The notes: generated by a model from the letters alone, not told the origin. Positions 1 through 51,580 are shown, counted from the first letter of the stretch. The stretch is DNA of 64,000 nt from Lytechinus pictus (GCF_037042905.1 NC_087246.1:8744001-8808000); one strand, 5' to 3'. A program made the numbers and translations.

Positions 1-929
1 TAAGATCATAGTAACATGGCTTTATGAAAAATCTAGAATACATACCACTGCTGTGTTATTCTATCGGAATGAAGAAAATCCGGGGTTCAATGGTACCTTG
101 CTTATGGGACTTATGCTGTTAGCGCGCCATTTTATCTACGTTACTCTTATTTAAATTAAATAACTGAAAATGTTATTTCAATAGTTTGAACGTGTTTATT
201 TCATCGAAAATGATAAGTAATAAGACGTGGAACACGACATTACGCCCTAAGATCAGGGTGAAAATATCTTCTGTTCTGGCTTTTGCAAGATCGATGTCTT
301 CATGAATGGCAAATATATATTTCAGAATACATTTGAATCTCCTTTTTTCGACGTCTACCGTCTGCCGGATTTTCTTTTACATTCTTTTATTTCTGTACTT
401 TACTTTTATTATTCTCATACACACATTAAGCATTGAACGTAAAAACTGACTCCTATTAACATGCCCTATTTCGCCCTTCCTACATGCCTCTTCTGACGTC
501 ACTGTCTTTCGTTTTGTTATCGGTTAGTATCTGATGAAATGATAAACAATTATTTGTTTGTTGCTCCTAACAGCTCCAACGAACCATAAGAAAACAAACC
601 CTAAGCAAATTACAAGTGAATCATATATTTTACAACAATCATAAGAAAGTTTATTTATAAAAGTGTAAAAGTGAATGAACGTGATAGTTCAGAGTCACTG
701 CCTGATCTACGTTCTCATCCTTGTCAATTATGTTGATTGTAACGAATGAAAGAATGACTGTATGAATGAATAGATTAGCAAATTATTGTTTAATATTAAA
801 CGAACAAGTAATTAAATAGCATAAGCGAATGGATGACTAAATTATTAACGACTTAACAATGTAAGACGAAACTTAAATTAAATCATAAGCCAATATTGAT
901 TTATCATGTTGGAGGGGTATAATTGTTTC

Positions 930-1450
930 TGAAAAGTCACATCAACCCCAATAAGAAATTCATTATCACTAATACACTTATACGTTGAAAATTTCATCAA
1001 ATTCGGTTTCATATAAAATATAAAAGTTAAAGCATTTTTAAGTTACATGTACTGTTCACAAATCAATGACAGGTTATAGACAATTTAGTTGGTATTCATT
1101 TAATAGATTCGATGATGTCACACACACCCGCACACGACAACCCCACACGCACACTATTTTTTGGTAAAACATGACTTCACAAATAACCGGGGTCGGGTTA
1201 TTACAACTTATCAGGATTCACACGAGATCATTTATTATATAATCTACAAAAATAAAGAAAAATATTTTAATCAAATGATAACGTATAGGGCAACAGTGAG
1301 CGTGTATAGCGTCATTATTACTACATTCTAGTATCCTTCTCTTTGGCAAAATCATACAAAACTTTATAATGTCATAACATTCTTATTTTTACATCCAATT
1401 TTGACATGATTTTCAATGTTTATATGCTTGTTCGAATTTATGCTGGACTT
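930..1450. mobile_element. Degenerate copy of the palindromic TTAA (Kolobok-like) MITE family
   Basis: GAAAATTTCATCAAAATTCGG near 987 and CATAACATTCTTATTTTTACATCCAATTTTGA near 1373 match the arms of 22044-22613; boundaries approximate. Confidence 0.5.
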
Positions 1451-2575
1451 GGTCTTCAGTAATGGTAAAAATAAGAGAAATCTCATGCTCAGGATTCTTC
1501 TTAAGTTCTTAGTTTTAATTTCCATTTCCTTCATACTCTCTCTCGCTCTCTCCCCTCTTTCTCTTAACCCCCCCCCCCCCTACTCTCTCTTTATCTATCA
1601 AATAACCCCGCAATAGGAGTGGCGGATAGAGGGGCCCTGGAAGAGGCCACCTCTTTCTTCTTACATGAAGGCCAGATATTTTTGGTACACACTTTCCTAT
1701 GTCATTTTTAAATCACTTTTTTTCTCGGGGATTCTGCCACTATTACATGAGCAAATTCACTATTTTGTCTAATTTTTCATATATTTTTCTTGAACTATAT
1801 TCTATGTACCCCATGACTATATTTCACAGAAATATCACGGGACGCAAAATCAAACAATTTCGAGAGAAATTATGCGAGGAGCCAAAGCCACCGAGTTAAA
1901 GAAAATGTCATAAAGCCTCCACTCATTTTGATGTATTTTTTCCATTAGTGGGGGTGGGGGTTGGCGAGTTTTTTCTTGCCCTCTTGTCCACTCCATATTA
2001 TGTTGAAATCTGTCATAAAATAAGAATTCCATTATATTGCTCACTCATTTCAAATCCCCTTTACACTATGATTGTTCTGTCTACCACTTCTAACATTTAA
2101 ACAAAAGCTTTGAACTTTGAACTGCCTGCATTTATCCATTATTTTACATCTATCCTGACTGCTAATAAGCAATTAAACGGTTAGAAACATTTGAAAATTC
2201 ATTTTAAGGTTGTTTTTAACATACCACATGACTTTCACTTATATGTTTAATACTATGAATTCAAATATTAACAACGAATAACTATATAGATGGATATACT
2301 TTGTTATAACCAATATCATGCGCATTGAATGCTATATGCTAAAATATTCACCAATATAAATCATATCGGATACCTTCTGAAGATATAATAATTGAACATA
2401 CTTGTTTAAAGCATTGAGGGTAAACAATCGTGACAATGCCGCTGTTTGATTCCTAATTGTTGATGTTATCAAGAATAATTTGTATTCCTTTCTCATTCAT
2501 TGATGCTCTGAATTCTTACTCATCAACTCACGGTCCTTGCTGCCCCCTCACAAACTGGCAAGGATTCGCCAAGTT

Positions 2576-2670
2576 TGATTGGACTAAACTTAATTATCCC
2601 TTCCCGTCAACAGTTATTATTCAGCATGCAAAATTATGCGTTGCCCGGCCTGTGAACGTCCGTCCCAACC
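2576..2670 (+). promoter_or_regulatory. Paralogue-conserved upstream element of MMP-A (putative promoter/enhancer)
   Basis: TGATTGG-8nt-TAATTA-TCCCTTCCCGTCA-CAG-TATTATTCA...GCAAAATT...CCCAACC aligns with 27926-28018, at a similar distance from the ATG. Confidence 0.7.
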
Positions 2671-3132
2671 TAAAATAAAACAACTCTTGCCTATTCAACT
2701 ATCTTTCACCCCCTCCTAATGACGTTTCGGCACTATTCCCCTTCCTCGTTCATTCTCAGTTTATATTCCATTACTTTCCATGTATCCTACTCCTTCAGAA
2801 CCCGTCTGCCAAGTCGACTGTTGTAGTTGTAAGCGCCCACTTCAAGCGGCAGCTGAGAGATCACATGAGGCTTCGACGTAGGATCAACACGGGGTTAGTA
2901 CTATTACATGCGCAGTACTCGAGTCTGGACTCCTAGTCCAGCCCTGGCAAACGAAATAAAAGGGAAATGCCCCTATCAAGATCAAACCTGGAAACGAGAT
3001 CCCTGAAGGCGTAGGGTTACCTGGAATTATACATTCAGTAATTAAGAACCCCGACAACACTCTGAAGCTTTATAGATAATTACGTGCAGTCAGACCTTAA
3101 GAGAGGCAAGGATCATCATTGAAAATTAAACC

Positions 3133-23158
<20,026 letters not shown>

Positions 23159-23360
23159 TTTGATGAAAGTTTATCTCCGTAACTACGTTGCTCTATTTTC
23201 ATTGGCTTTAAACTTGATTTTAATAACTGGGCTAATTGGTACATTTTGGCAGTCAACGGAACTAAACAATAATTTCCAGAGAAGAACATAATTTTTTTTT
23301 TTAATAATCTGATTGTCTACACGGCAAAAAAGCAGTGGTGCAATGAGTCAAAGTTTATTT

Positions 23361-23530
23361 CCAATTCGTCTAATACAAATTCGTCCAATTGCCAACTCGT
23401 CCACTATCACTTGGTCCACCATCAGTTCGTCCACTAACCACGAAATGTTGATAGACGGAATGGCATTAGACTAAATGAAAGTAGACCATGTGGCGAGTGG
23501 ACGAGTTTGGCAGTAGACGCATTGGCAATT
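23361..23530. repeat. Small palindromic MITE-like repeat built of about 15-bp subunits, just 3' of the MMP-A stop
   Basis: AATTGCCAACTCGTCCACT... vs ...AGTGGACGAGTTTGGCAGT...TTGGCAATT. Confidence 0.65.
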
Positions 23531-25662
23531 TACCTGAGCCAAGATGGCTGAACATGATGGGCAGGGCAAAATATCTAAAACGTCGTGAGCGAGCAAAAAT
23601 GTTGCAATTAATGTTTAATACGAAAAGCTTTTTTATATTTAGAAAAAACATATAGTCTATATATTTCATCATTTCCTTTCATTTTTCTGTCTTTTTTTAC
23701 CCTTTGGTCATGGTCGTGGAACTTGTGGGGGGGGGGGGTAGGCCCTAAGGCCCCATCTATATGCCAGAGAGTAAACGGGTTTACACAAATGGGAAAATTT
23801 TTCTTCGGTAAATTAGCGCCTAGTGCTGTGTAAATTTGACACACATTTGGTAACAATTATCCATTAAACGTGCATGTGTCCTTCAACCCAATATTAGGCA
23901 ACTTTTTTACCCAACTAATGTGCTATCAGAAACCAGTCAAATTTAGTTCAGCTGTTAGCAGTGGTCCGTTGACATTAAACCGTGGACTTACTTTACGTAA
24001 AATATGGAAGTTTTTATAGATCTGCAGTAAACCGCAATAATTATTGAAGTTTTAAATTTTGTTTCTATTTTCAAATATCAATCTATCTAATATTGAACAA
24101 AACTCATTCATTATTACCGTCTGTATCCCTATTTGTTACATTCGAATTTCCTTGACGATCTTGTGTAAGTTGTACAACTCTGTCAATAATGTATATTGTT
24201 TGGTTTATTTATGTTTATATATATTTTTAGATGTGGATGTAGATTTATTGTATTATAACTGGATTTATATGTTTTACTTTTGCAAATCAATATTGTAATT
24301 GATTTAACTGTCACTTAATGCAAATTTTCATGTATCTATATGTGTGCAAAAGAATGTTCCGAAAAAACGTTTTTTATATATTTTAATGATCGAATGTTTA
24401 TTAAGCTTTATCAATCACGGAACAAGGTAATGTGATTACTTTAATCACGAATATACTAATATACTGAAACGCTTTAGCATTAATGTACATCTCATAGATT
24501 AAGATAATCATTGTCACTAATTATCAAAGCAGTTGTACAATTAATCAAACGTAATTAAATGGTTACTATCTTCCTGCTAAAATAATCAACTAAACCAAAT
24601 AACTGTTGATGAAAGTTTTGGAGTCACGTTTGGAACACTGATCTGATTTAAAAAAAAATTTAGCCAGTGTTAGTCAAAGACTTAGCCTATATACTCAGTG
24701 GTTGATTCTGTTGACTATTGACTCAACGCTTTAAACACCCATAAAATATGATATTCTTTACTGTACGATGTCATATTATTTCAGCCATGTCAGTGGTTAA
24801 GGATATATTTACAGTATTAGTATACATGTACTTGCTGTATATAGTATACAGAACTAGAGCTCTATAGTAAGTCATTTTATACATATATGAATGCTTGCCA
24901 ATAGAATGTCCACGATTTTTGTTGATTTCATTTTTATTTTATATTTCATTAAGTGAATATGCTTAGTACTTGTAATCTTTCATCAAACTGTCTTGTACAA
25001 TTGACTTAGTGAGTGAAATTTATTGTTTGCCGAGATTTTTAACTCCTGAAACTATACCAAAATCAATTTATGATAAAAAAATTATTATGATAATTGATTG
25101 CAATTCTTATGAGAGTTATGAGTAAGTACGATAAACTAATATTTTACTATAATATTTGTATATTTTTTCAAGCTTAATAGAAATTCATTATAGGACATTC
25201 ATTTTACTTACGGAGGAGATTTACCTTTTTTTCAAACATGACTAGATATTACGGGGGAAAAGGTTATTAATAATTCCATGGTTCTTATTTTTACTATGAT
25301 GTAATAAAATTCAAATAAAATAGTTGCTATTGTTGAAAATATCTGTGAGACGATCCCGCGGATGAATATGACTGTGCTTTCACTAGTTCCAGAACATTAT
25401 TTGAAACGTCAAGGGAGCAAATTTCGGAATTAAAATGAAATGTAATATAATGTTTTTTATCATCATACTTGCTTCAAAATTTATTTTTGTGTAATTTGTG
25501 AGACTGCAATTTGTGAGAAGAAAGTGGTTGTGATGAAATATGATATTACACTAAGTTATTGTTGAAGAAGCAATGAAGAAGATTTGAGACATTTATTAGA
25601 TCGTGTCATATTTTTTTAATGAAGAAATAAATTCCGAGATGAATATGTGACGCTTAAAAAAG

Positions 25663-26663
25663 AACAAGTGGAACGCCTCTGGCAGTCTCGCCTGCATTAC
25701 GCAATTTAATATAGCAGCAGTGCTAACTTTGAAAACTACTATAAAATAATCATTCACAAAAACATCATTCATATAATGACATAATACCACGTTCATTGAC
25801 CATAAATGACATTTGAACGGAGACTTAAGACTGTCAACTACACCCATGTCCACATTTCATTCACTCTTTTCCATAAACTTTCAAAATTATGATGGCACTT
25901 CAACAATTACCCCAACATGGCCTAAGTTTATTGACCTTAACTGACCTTTGACTTGGTTTTGTGACCTGAAACTCACAGGGGATGTTCAGTAATGCTTGAT
26001 TACTCTTATATCCCAAGTTTTATGAACTAGATCCATAAACTTTCAGAGTTAGGATGGTAATTCAACAAATACCCCCAACCTGGCCAAAGTTCATTGACCT
26101 TTAATGACCTTTGACCATGGTCATGTGACCTGAAACTCGTACAGGATGTTCAGTGATACTTGATTACTCTTTTGTCCAAGTTTTATGAACTAGATCCGTA
26201 ACCTTTCAGAGTTAGGATGGTAATTTAACAAATACCCCCAACACGGCCAAAGTTCATTGACCTTAAATGACCATTGACCATGGTCATGTGACCTGAAACT
26301 CGCACAGGATATTCAGTGGTACTTGATTAACATAATGTCCAAGTTTCATAAACTAGATCCATAAATTTTCAAAGTTATGATGGTAATTCAACAAATACCC
26401 CCAACTTGGCCAAAGTTCATTGACCCTAAATGACCTTTGACCTTGGTCATGTGACCTGAAACTCAAGCAGGATGTTCACTAATACTTGATTAACCTTATG
26501 TCCAAGTTTCATGGACTAGATCCATATATTTTCAAAGTTATGATGTCATTTCAAAAACTTAACCTTAGGTTAAGATTTGATGTTGACGCCGCCGCCGCCG
26601 TCGCCGTCGCCGTCGGAAAAGCGGCGCCTATAGTCTCGCTCTGCTATGCAGGCGAGACAAAAA
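25663..26663. mobile_element. Helentron-associated (HINE/DINE-like) non-autonomous element with internal 163-bp tandem array
   Basis: Subterminal IR GTCTCGCCTGCA (25685-25696) / TGCAGGCGAGAC (26647-26658); terminal hairpin; (GCC)n at about 26588; GTGACCTGAAACTC recurs at 25961, 26125, 26288, 26451. Confidence 0.8.
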
Positions 26664-27260
26664 CTTATTTTGAAAATAAATAAGTGAAATAGGTAAATGA
26701 AATCATGTAATATAAATAGCTATTGCCAGGCAGGTATCAATGACAATTGCGTAATGAGGGTGAAGAACGATGAATGCGTTGATATATAGCTTTGTTTCTT
26801 TAACTTTATATATTCACAATTAAAAAACAAAATATAATAGTTGCCCGCAATCAGCGTATTGTTGATTTTCAGCGAGGTCGTGATTAAAAGAAAATACAAT
26901 AATACAAAATATATAAAAAGCAAAACATTCAAATATAACCAAACAAAATATATGATGACAAAATCATAATCAGAATAATTGTAAAAACATCAACAGAAAG
27001 GAAAATATGGAAACATAAGCAAACAAAAATTAAATTAAATTAAATGAATGAGCGATGGTGAGGAAAATAATGGTATTGAAATCAAAAGTTAGATCAACAG
27101 CAATATTCGATAGGGAACATATCGACAACCTAGATGTGACGTCATATTTTTCTCTATTTACAGACCTCTCCTTTTTATACTCTTCTTCCTTTCTTCTTTT
27201 TCTCCCTTTCTTCACTACTCTTCACCCTAGTTTGGCACAGCCGCTGGATACGACTATTTT

Positions 27261-27376
27261 CATTATTATTATTATTATTATTATTGCGATTATTGTGAGT
27301 ATTGTTGTTACTACTTCTGTTACTTCTATTAATAATAATGATAATAATAATGGAAATAATAATAATGATAATAATG
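27261..27376. repeat. (ATT)n / (AAT)n microsatellites
   Basis: Read directly from the sequence. Confidence 0.8.
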
Positions 27377-27925
27377 AAGGACCGAGATGAAGAAAATTAC
27401 GATACTGGTCATTAAAATGAGAAGTAAGAGAAGATGGCGGTGATGATAGAGGAGGGGAAGGAGGAGTGATGGAAGTATTGATAATGATGAAACCGAAAAG
27501 AAAAAAGAATGTAATTAAGACGAAAGAAGGATTGGCAAGTTCATTTCAAGTAGACATCAATTTCATATCAACACTTTTTATTGCATCATCTTGAAATATC
27601 AAAATAATTTTCTTGATTAGCAATATAAATTTTGATATCAGATGATGGATCCAATATTGCATTTAAGGGCAAGATCAATATTATTGGGATAATCTACTTC
27701 TGGTGTTCGTTGATGTGACCCTACGTCGTCCCACTATAGGTATAACCGCAGATCTATTCATTCTCGGTACATAATGGTGAAAATATCTGACGATGGTGTG
27801 AATTATGTTTACCGGTTAAGCACATGGCTCATTCTACAAGTTTTCTACAGTATCGGCTTAGAAAAATTACTCATCTACGCATTGCTCTATTCCCTTCCTC
27901 CTAATACAGCCTGTGAGACTATCTC

Positions 27926-28018
27926 TGATTGGAGGGATCCTAATTACTCCCTTCCCGTCACCAGGTATTATTCATCAGGCAAAATTTAGCAATGTCTCGG
28001 CTGTCCAAATCCCCAACC
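27926..28018 (+). promoter_or_regulatory. Paralogue-conserved upstream element of MMP-B
   Basis: Aligns with 2576-2670; reverse CCAAT box and TAATTA core have the same spacing. Confidence 0.7.
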
Positions 28019-28491
28019 CCCTATATCAGGCAGATACAATCCAATAGTTCCCCCTCTTCAATCTCTCTCACGGGCCCTTCTCCCCCCGCAACCCTTCCTG
28101 TCATTTGGATCCAGGCCATGTCAGCATTTGGGGTTATTTTTAGGAAGGGGGTAAACGTTGAAGAGGAATGATCGCATGTATCGATTTCTTCCTTGTTGTG
28201 CTGTACGTACATCTTTTTTTTTCTGGACGCCAGCACATATGATTGATATTGGTCCGACCGAGAGTGCCTGGGTGTAACCACGGATTGAACCCCAATGCGG
28301 TGTCTGCAGTGTGTGATCATCTCGGAGACTTCAAGATAATATTATATTTAACAAAGTGGATTACAGTTTGGAATTACGAATCTATTCTCTTTGGCTATCG
28401 CGAAAAGCAAGACTTACTTGGAACCTCATCTAAATAATGCTAATCTTTTTAATTAATTCTTAAGACTGCTCTAATAAGACACTGTTAAGAT

Positions 28492-45571
<17,080 letters not shown>

Positions 45572-45809
45572 TTAGACCAATCACCTGCTGTATCATATCA
45601 TTTGAAATATCTATAAAACAAAATGTGAAAGTTTATTTTTTACCTGCATTTGCCTTTGGTCTTTCACGTAGTTATCAAGAAGAATTTAGTTATACACTGC
45701 TATTGAGTGAACGAATCGACAAATCTTATTGAATGATGTTGATTCTTCTTGATTCTGCATATGATTGCATTTGCAGGAAGTTTATTGGCATGATCATAAT
45801 GATTGACAT

Positions 45810-46684
45810 TAAGGGTGTCGATCATAGGGGGATGGGAATATATCCTCCCTCCCAACATTTCATGTTTAAGGATGGCTTATATTATAATCCCACAATAAGT
45901 TAACGTCTTACATCATAATATTTATGATGAATCATATGATAAGCATGATAATGATAAGGAAGTAGTAAAAGATAATTATGATCATGAAGATGGTAAAATT
46001 TTATTGATTGTCGTGTGTACCTTTTTCATCTATGAATTTTATCATGTTTATTGTCATTGAATGAAACCATTCCTTTCAGAAATTGTTAGAAACAGATGAG
46101 TGAAGAAAGATTTTTTTTAATCCAGGATAAAATAAAATAACTAGCTTAATATGTTTATACTTTTATATATGGCATTTTCATTTTTTTTTATTTACCCCTT
46201 CCCGCAAGGGCCCTGGGAACGATTTTTGAAGATGGGTCGCTGGTTTGGGAAAATAATGACAAGCAAAAGAAAAGTTTTGTTTTTGTTCGAAAATGAAGGT
46301 GATTTTGGTCAAAGAATTTTATTTTAACATACCAACCTGATTTCAGTGGGTGTGTTGTATAACATACACAGCACGCCCGCTTCCGAACGCCATGCTCTCC
46401 GCGACCAAGCGCTTAGGGTCTCGTATATTTTACAACGCTTTTCAATGTAACTTCGCATATGTTAGTATTCTTGATCCAGTTGTATGACGTAAAATAAGTG
46501 GAGAACATACAAAAGAGTGATGAAATTAAAAAGAGTGTATAAAAGGGATATAATCATGAAAAATTGAAAAAGAGTCTTCAAATGGCTCATTTTGAAATAT
46601 GCCATGTCTGACCCACTAAACATTAGATTCGAAATTTGTTATAATCATCCCTCCCCCAACCATGAACACCGATCGACACCCATG
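45810..46684. mobile_element. hAT-like non-autonomous element downstream of the MMP-B stop
   Basis: GGGTGTCGATC (45813) / GATCGACACCC (46671); flanks ATTGACAT / ATTGACAA (7 of 8 match as TSD). Confidence 0.7.
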
Positions 46685-48715
46685 ATTGACAAGATAGGCG
46701 GAAACATTAGAAATGAAGAAATAAACATGACAAGACTTGGGGCTTATAAAAAAAATATTTAAAAAGAAATCTCGTATTTCATCATTCAAGATAGTGTCCT
46801 ATTTTTTTTTTTCATGTTTGGTATAATTTTTCATATAAACGCCCTCCCTTCACCTTGCTTTATTCATCTGTCTGTATGTCTCTCCCTCTCGCTATCTCTC
46901 TCACACACCCACTCCTCACACACAAACACACACACTCATACACTCTCTCTTCGCTCACTTTCTTCCCATCACCTCTTTCTCCCTCTCTCCTCTCTAACTG
47001 CCCATCTTTATTAGCATGCACCCAGGTGCCTCAGCATATTTCTTTTTGAAGCGTTGTCAATTTTATATCGATCGAGGTATTAATCTGATAAATATGTCCT
47101 TACCGCCACTATGATAACAATTATAGAACTTTCTTCTTATCCCCTCCTTTCAATTGAAATGTACATATTTAGATTTTGAACATTTATCTCTTTCCAAGAA
47201 CAAAAATCTGAAAGCAATACACAAGTATTTATAAATTTGATTGCAAATTTACTTTAAAACTCTTTTGTCGACTTCCTTTTATCCGTATGTTTGTGAAATA
47301 AATATGTATACTTTTATCAAACGAGAAATAAACGCATCTGTATGTATATCATGTAAAAGTATTTGATGCATATATTTGATTTATTTAACCTTAGTTGTAG
47401 TTAGGTGAATCAAAATATACCAAAATTTTGGGTGATATAACACGCACAAAATATAATTCAATCTTTAAGAAAATAGATAATCATGATAATTGAGAAAGTG
47501 GATGTATGTGTGTTTGTGCATGTGTGTATGTGTGTAAGACATACTGAAGATAGCGACATAGTGAGAGAAATAGACATTGTTCGTGAAAGACATACTTGGT
47601 TTTTTTTTCTCTCTTTAAAATTAAATATCAGTAATATATTGGGTTCATTCTTAAGCTTTTCCATCAAAAGTTGAAATAAAATTTCTTTATTCTCTTCAAA
47701 ATCGGATGGCACCTTAAGGTTTCTCCTTGGATTAATCCTAATTAGACTGGGGTATTTTGAAGGCTGGCAAGACAGGAAGGTGGCAAAGCCCCCCCCCCCC
47801 CCTTCCCGATATCGCGTGGTCGAGACGAAAATCGCATTTCACTCCTGACTAATCCATTTTATACAATCTATTTAATGAATTAAAACAATCAGAAATTGTT
47901 GGTGTTTATACATGATTTACAGCTACTATTGATTTCTTTGCAATAACCAAAATGTAATTTAAAAGAAAATATTCTATTGACAATATACCAAGAATTACAC
48001 TTTTCCCGTTACCATGGTTATCAATAAAAAATCAAACATATTAAGTTATTTTCCGAGCTCATTCCCAAAAGAAATTGTGTAATTAAAGAATTCCAAAACA
48101 AATGTTCGATAGTTTCCTTTTTTATATTACAGAAAGAACGTAAAGGGAAGTAATGACTTTCATTTTATACAGCTTATAATTCAGGTTTAAAATATGGTTC
48201 AATACTTTGAACTTTGGTTTACGTCGATTGTGAGAGCCAATGCCAATTCTTAATTTGAAACATCATATCTATATAATTTTAAATCTAAACGTACTAATAC
48301 TGGACGCTCATAGTTTTTTTCTGCGACCAATCGATGTTCAGGGGGCGTCGCTACGGTGGTAAATGCCTCCCTGTTCTTTTCCAAGTCGTAAAAAACAGGA
48401 GAAAATGATGGAAAAAAAGAAAAGAGAAGGGAAGAAATTAAGAATAATCACCCCCCCCCCCCCCATTGAACAATCCTAACACTGCCCTTTTGCATAACAA
48501 AATGACTAGCTTACACTCTTCTTACCCGACTGTTTAAAGGGGAATCCAGCCTTGGCCATAAAATTTTGTGTTGGGAAGGAGAAGTATAGATTAAACAGAA
48601 TGGTGAAAGTTTGAAAGAAATCATACAAGCAATAAGAAAGTTATAGCTTCTTTAAAATTGAGATCACTAATAGTATGTAGATTTCAAATTGGCTACTGGG
48701 TAAGTAAATTATGAC

Positions 48716-51348
48716 CATAGAGATGTATACTAATTACGCTAGAGTGCGGAGTCGCCATAGGCGCGCGTACTTAACGTCTGTGATTGCGCGGAAGACGGTC
48801 GGCCATTGCTCGATAGGTCTAGATTCGCAAAAGTGCCCGGATGTACCCATAGCTCGTACGTTGTAACGCTGTGAAAAGGGATGCTGTCTCCGGCTTCTAT
48901 CTTGAAGAAAGGAATCAAATCTAATTACAATTGAAAACATGAATGACAAATTGCATCTCAATAAACTATTAGTGTGATTACATGGGGATTATACTATTAA
49001 TTTGTATTTCTATCTGGATTCTCGGGATGAAATTCTCTAAACAGTGCATTTACGATTAGGCCTACCTGCCACATGCCTATTATAGATAATAATAGATAAC
49101 AATATTGATACTATGACATAAATAAGTAGAACAAATAAAACATACAACATTAAAAGTAAATTTTGACAATCATTTCAAAATACAGTGAATTAGCCCCCCG
49201 GGATTAGCCCATCTTCTCTGGACTTCCCTATCTTTGGCTTTAATGATACATCATCCTTTGGCACATTCCTTCGTCCACATGATACCGTGTTCTCATGACC
49301 AATTTGTTTATGATGGATATAATTTTGTAATTTTGATTCATTTCCACTCTATTCGTTTCACTTCACTTCAAAACATTTTTTTTTCATTTTCATTCAAACA
49401 TAATACAAAGTAATATAAATCGGATAGGCCCTACAATCTTACAGATGAACATTCTTATCTCGTAAAAAAACAAACAGTAGGCCTATAAACGAGCATAAAT
49501 GGCCAATTACATGTAACTTGCATTAATTTGTATGAAGTATATACTAGTTTTTTTAATGTACAATAATTTGTATAAGTGCTTTGATCTTTGATTACTATTT
49601 TATTAGCAAGTATAAAGTATTTAAAGGGCATCTTATTAATTTTACATCATGGTGGGCCTCCCGTTACACCATCAATGGTAAAACTTTATTTTGGGTTTTC
49701 AGTGCACTTGTTAATTTTTTTCTTATAGGAACATGATAAATTCCCTAAATCTGCGGGCCTATATCGCACCAAAAATGAAATATTGATTTAGAAAATATCT
49801 AGAATTTCTTTTTATTGTTCAATTTTTTTGCTTTTAATAACCTTTTCTTTAAGTTAGAGTCGGTTTATTTTATTCGCTTTTTAGGGGGTGGGGTGTAATC
49901 AAAGTGACATACGCACCCAAGAAAATTCACAATCAAAATAAAAGTATACAAGTACAGGGGGCTCAACTGGACCCCTCCCTGACAGGTATCACTTGAGGTT
50001 AAATTAGAATCACTCAACAGCCGACAATAATTGTAATATCTTATTCCAAGTATTTGTCAGTTTTACAATAGGCCTATTATTGCTTAATATGTTTGGTTTT
50101 TTAACTCACAATTTTGCAAAACTTTTTTATTTTAAGTTTTATTAAGTTGGCAATAGATGTATCTCTTTCAGGATATTTGTAATCAATTGGTTTTATACAC
50201 TCAGTTGTAGTAATAATTTTCGTACAAATTATATCCCATTCCCGCTCTGTTTCTTCTCCTCCTTCTTCCTAGCTCTCCTTAATTATTATTCGATCCTTGA
50301 TTTGTTCACATAATTTGTACAATCAAAGGAGCATAAACACCAGCGATATGTCAACAGAGTATTTCAGCCGATCAGCATATTATTTCAGCCGGGGGGGGGG
50401 GGGGGGGTCAAGTCTAGATTTTCCAGAAAATCAAAGAGAAACTCTTTAATGTTGCGTTAAACACGCATTGTAATTTGTTTATCATGTTATTTGCAAGGCA
50501 ATACTGTAAACATATAATTTCCCCCATTAGGCCCCAAGACCTGTACATTAAAATTGTACAACTGCATGCGCGTTTTTGATATGCAAATTTTGCTGTCAAC
50601 AAACTTTTCTACATTGATTTGCACGTAAGAACTGAAGTAATAAAAATGATCGGATGGTTGCCAATATTGGAAATCTAAATCATATAACTTATAGATTCGT
50701 CAATTAACTGAACCAATGCGTAAATCATTTTCAAATATTATTAATAAAAAGTCATTTTTTATGACGAGTTATTGTGATGACGGTTACATCGACGTTTAAA
50801 CCCATGGGGAAAAGGAATTATGCCCTATTCTGATTTCTATATGTCGATCTAGTATATGGAAAAATATAACAATTATTATAAAAAAAAGAAGAAATAAATT
50901 ATCAGCATCATGGTTATGCCTAGGAATACATGTTATTTTTAATATTCATCCCTTCCAAATCATTAAAAAATAAAAGTCATAAAAATAAATGTAGCGACCT
51001 ATCGATATATTTAATATGACCAAAGCAAAAACAACTGGGGATGTATCATTGGCCTGTATATGCGCTATTGATATTCCTATATAGGCATTTTTGTTCTAGT
51101 TTTGTTAGTTTTTTTGTTAATTTAAACTTTAATTCAGTATATTCAAAACTATTTAACTTTTCCGTTTGCTTTCGCGCTCATATGTCATCATCTTTTTCCG
51201 TTTCTGTGCTATCACTGTACATGCCCCATAGGTACTGTACGCGCATGGCAGGCTTCGAAGACCTATCGAGTAATGGCGGCCGGTCTCCGCGTAATCACAG
51301 CGATTTGACGAAGTACGCCCTCTAGCGTTATTAGTATATATCTCTATG
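48716..51348. mobile_element. P-element-like non-autonomous element (2633 bp)
   Basis: Perfect 8-bp TSD ATTATGAC (48708-48715, 51349-51356); TIR CATAGAGATGTATACTAATTACGCTAGAG / CTCTAGCGTTATTAGTATATATCTCTATG, extending imperfectly to about 100 bp. CANRG terminus + 8-bp TSD fits the P superfamily. Confidence 0.85.
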
Positions 51349-51580
51349 ATTATGACAAGGGGCAAGGACAACTTTCCCATAGGCCATGTACTTTATTATC
51401 AGGGATTTGTGGTTTTCTCCTAAGTACCCATTCCCCTGGGGCAGTAATCTAAATATAACCCAGGTAGTATATTGTTTTATGTCCTCATGAAAGAAAAATA
51501 TAATTTGAAATAAAATTTTTGGGAAAAATGAAATTTTAGCCATAATATGTATTGGAGTACACAGAAGAGTAGTCCTTGCC

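Noticed and set aside
2..154. Open frame with a hydrophobic end as the last exon of a third upstream MMP
   Set aside because: No DWLxC or GQNIGSG similarity to exon 8 of either gene; a 50-codon open frame is expected by chance.
25871..26550. CRISPR-like array
   Set aside because: Units are contiguous 163-bp tandem repeats without unique spacers; eukaryotic context, no cas genes.
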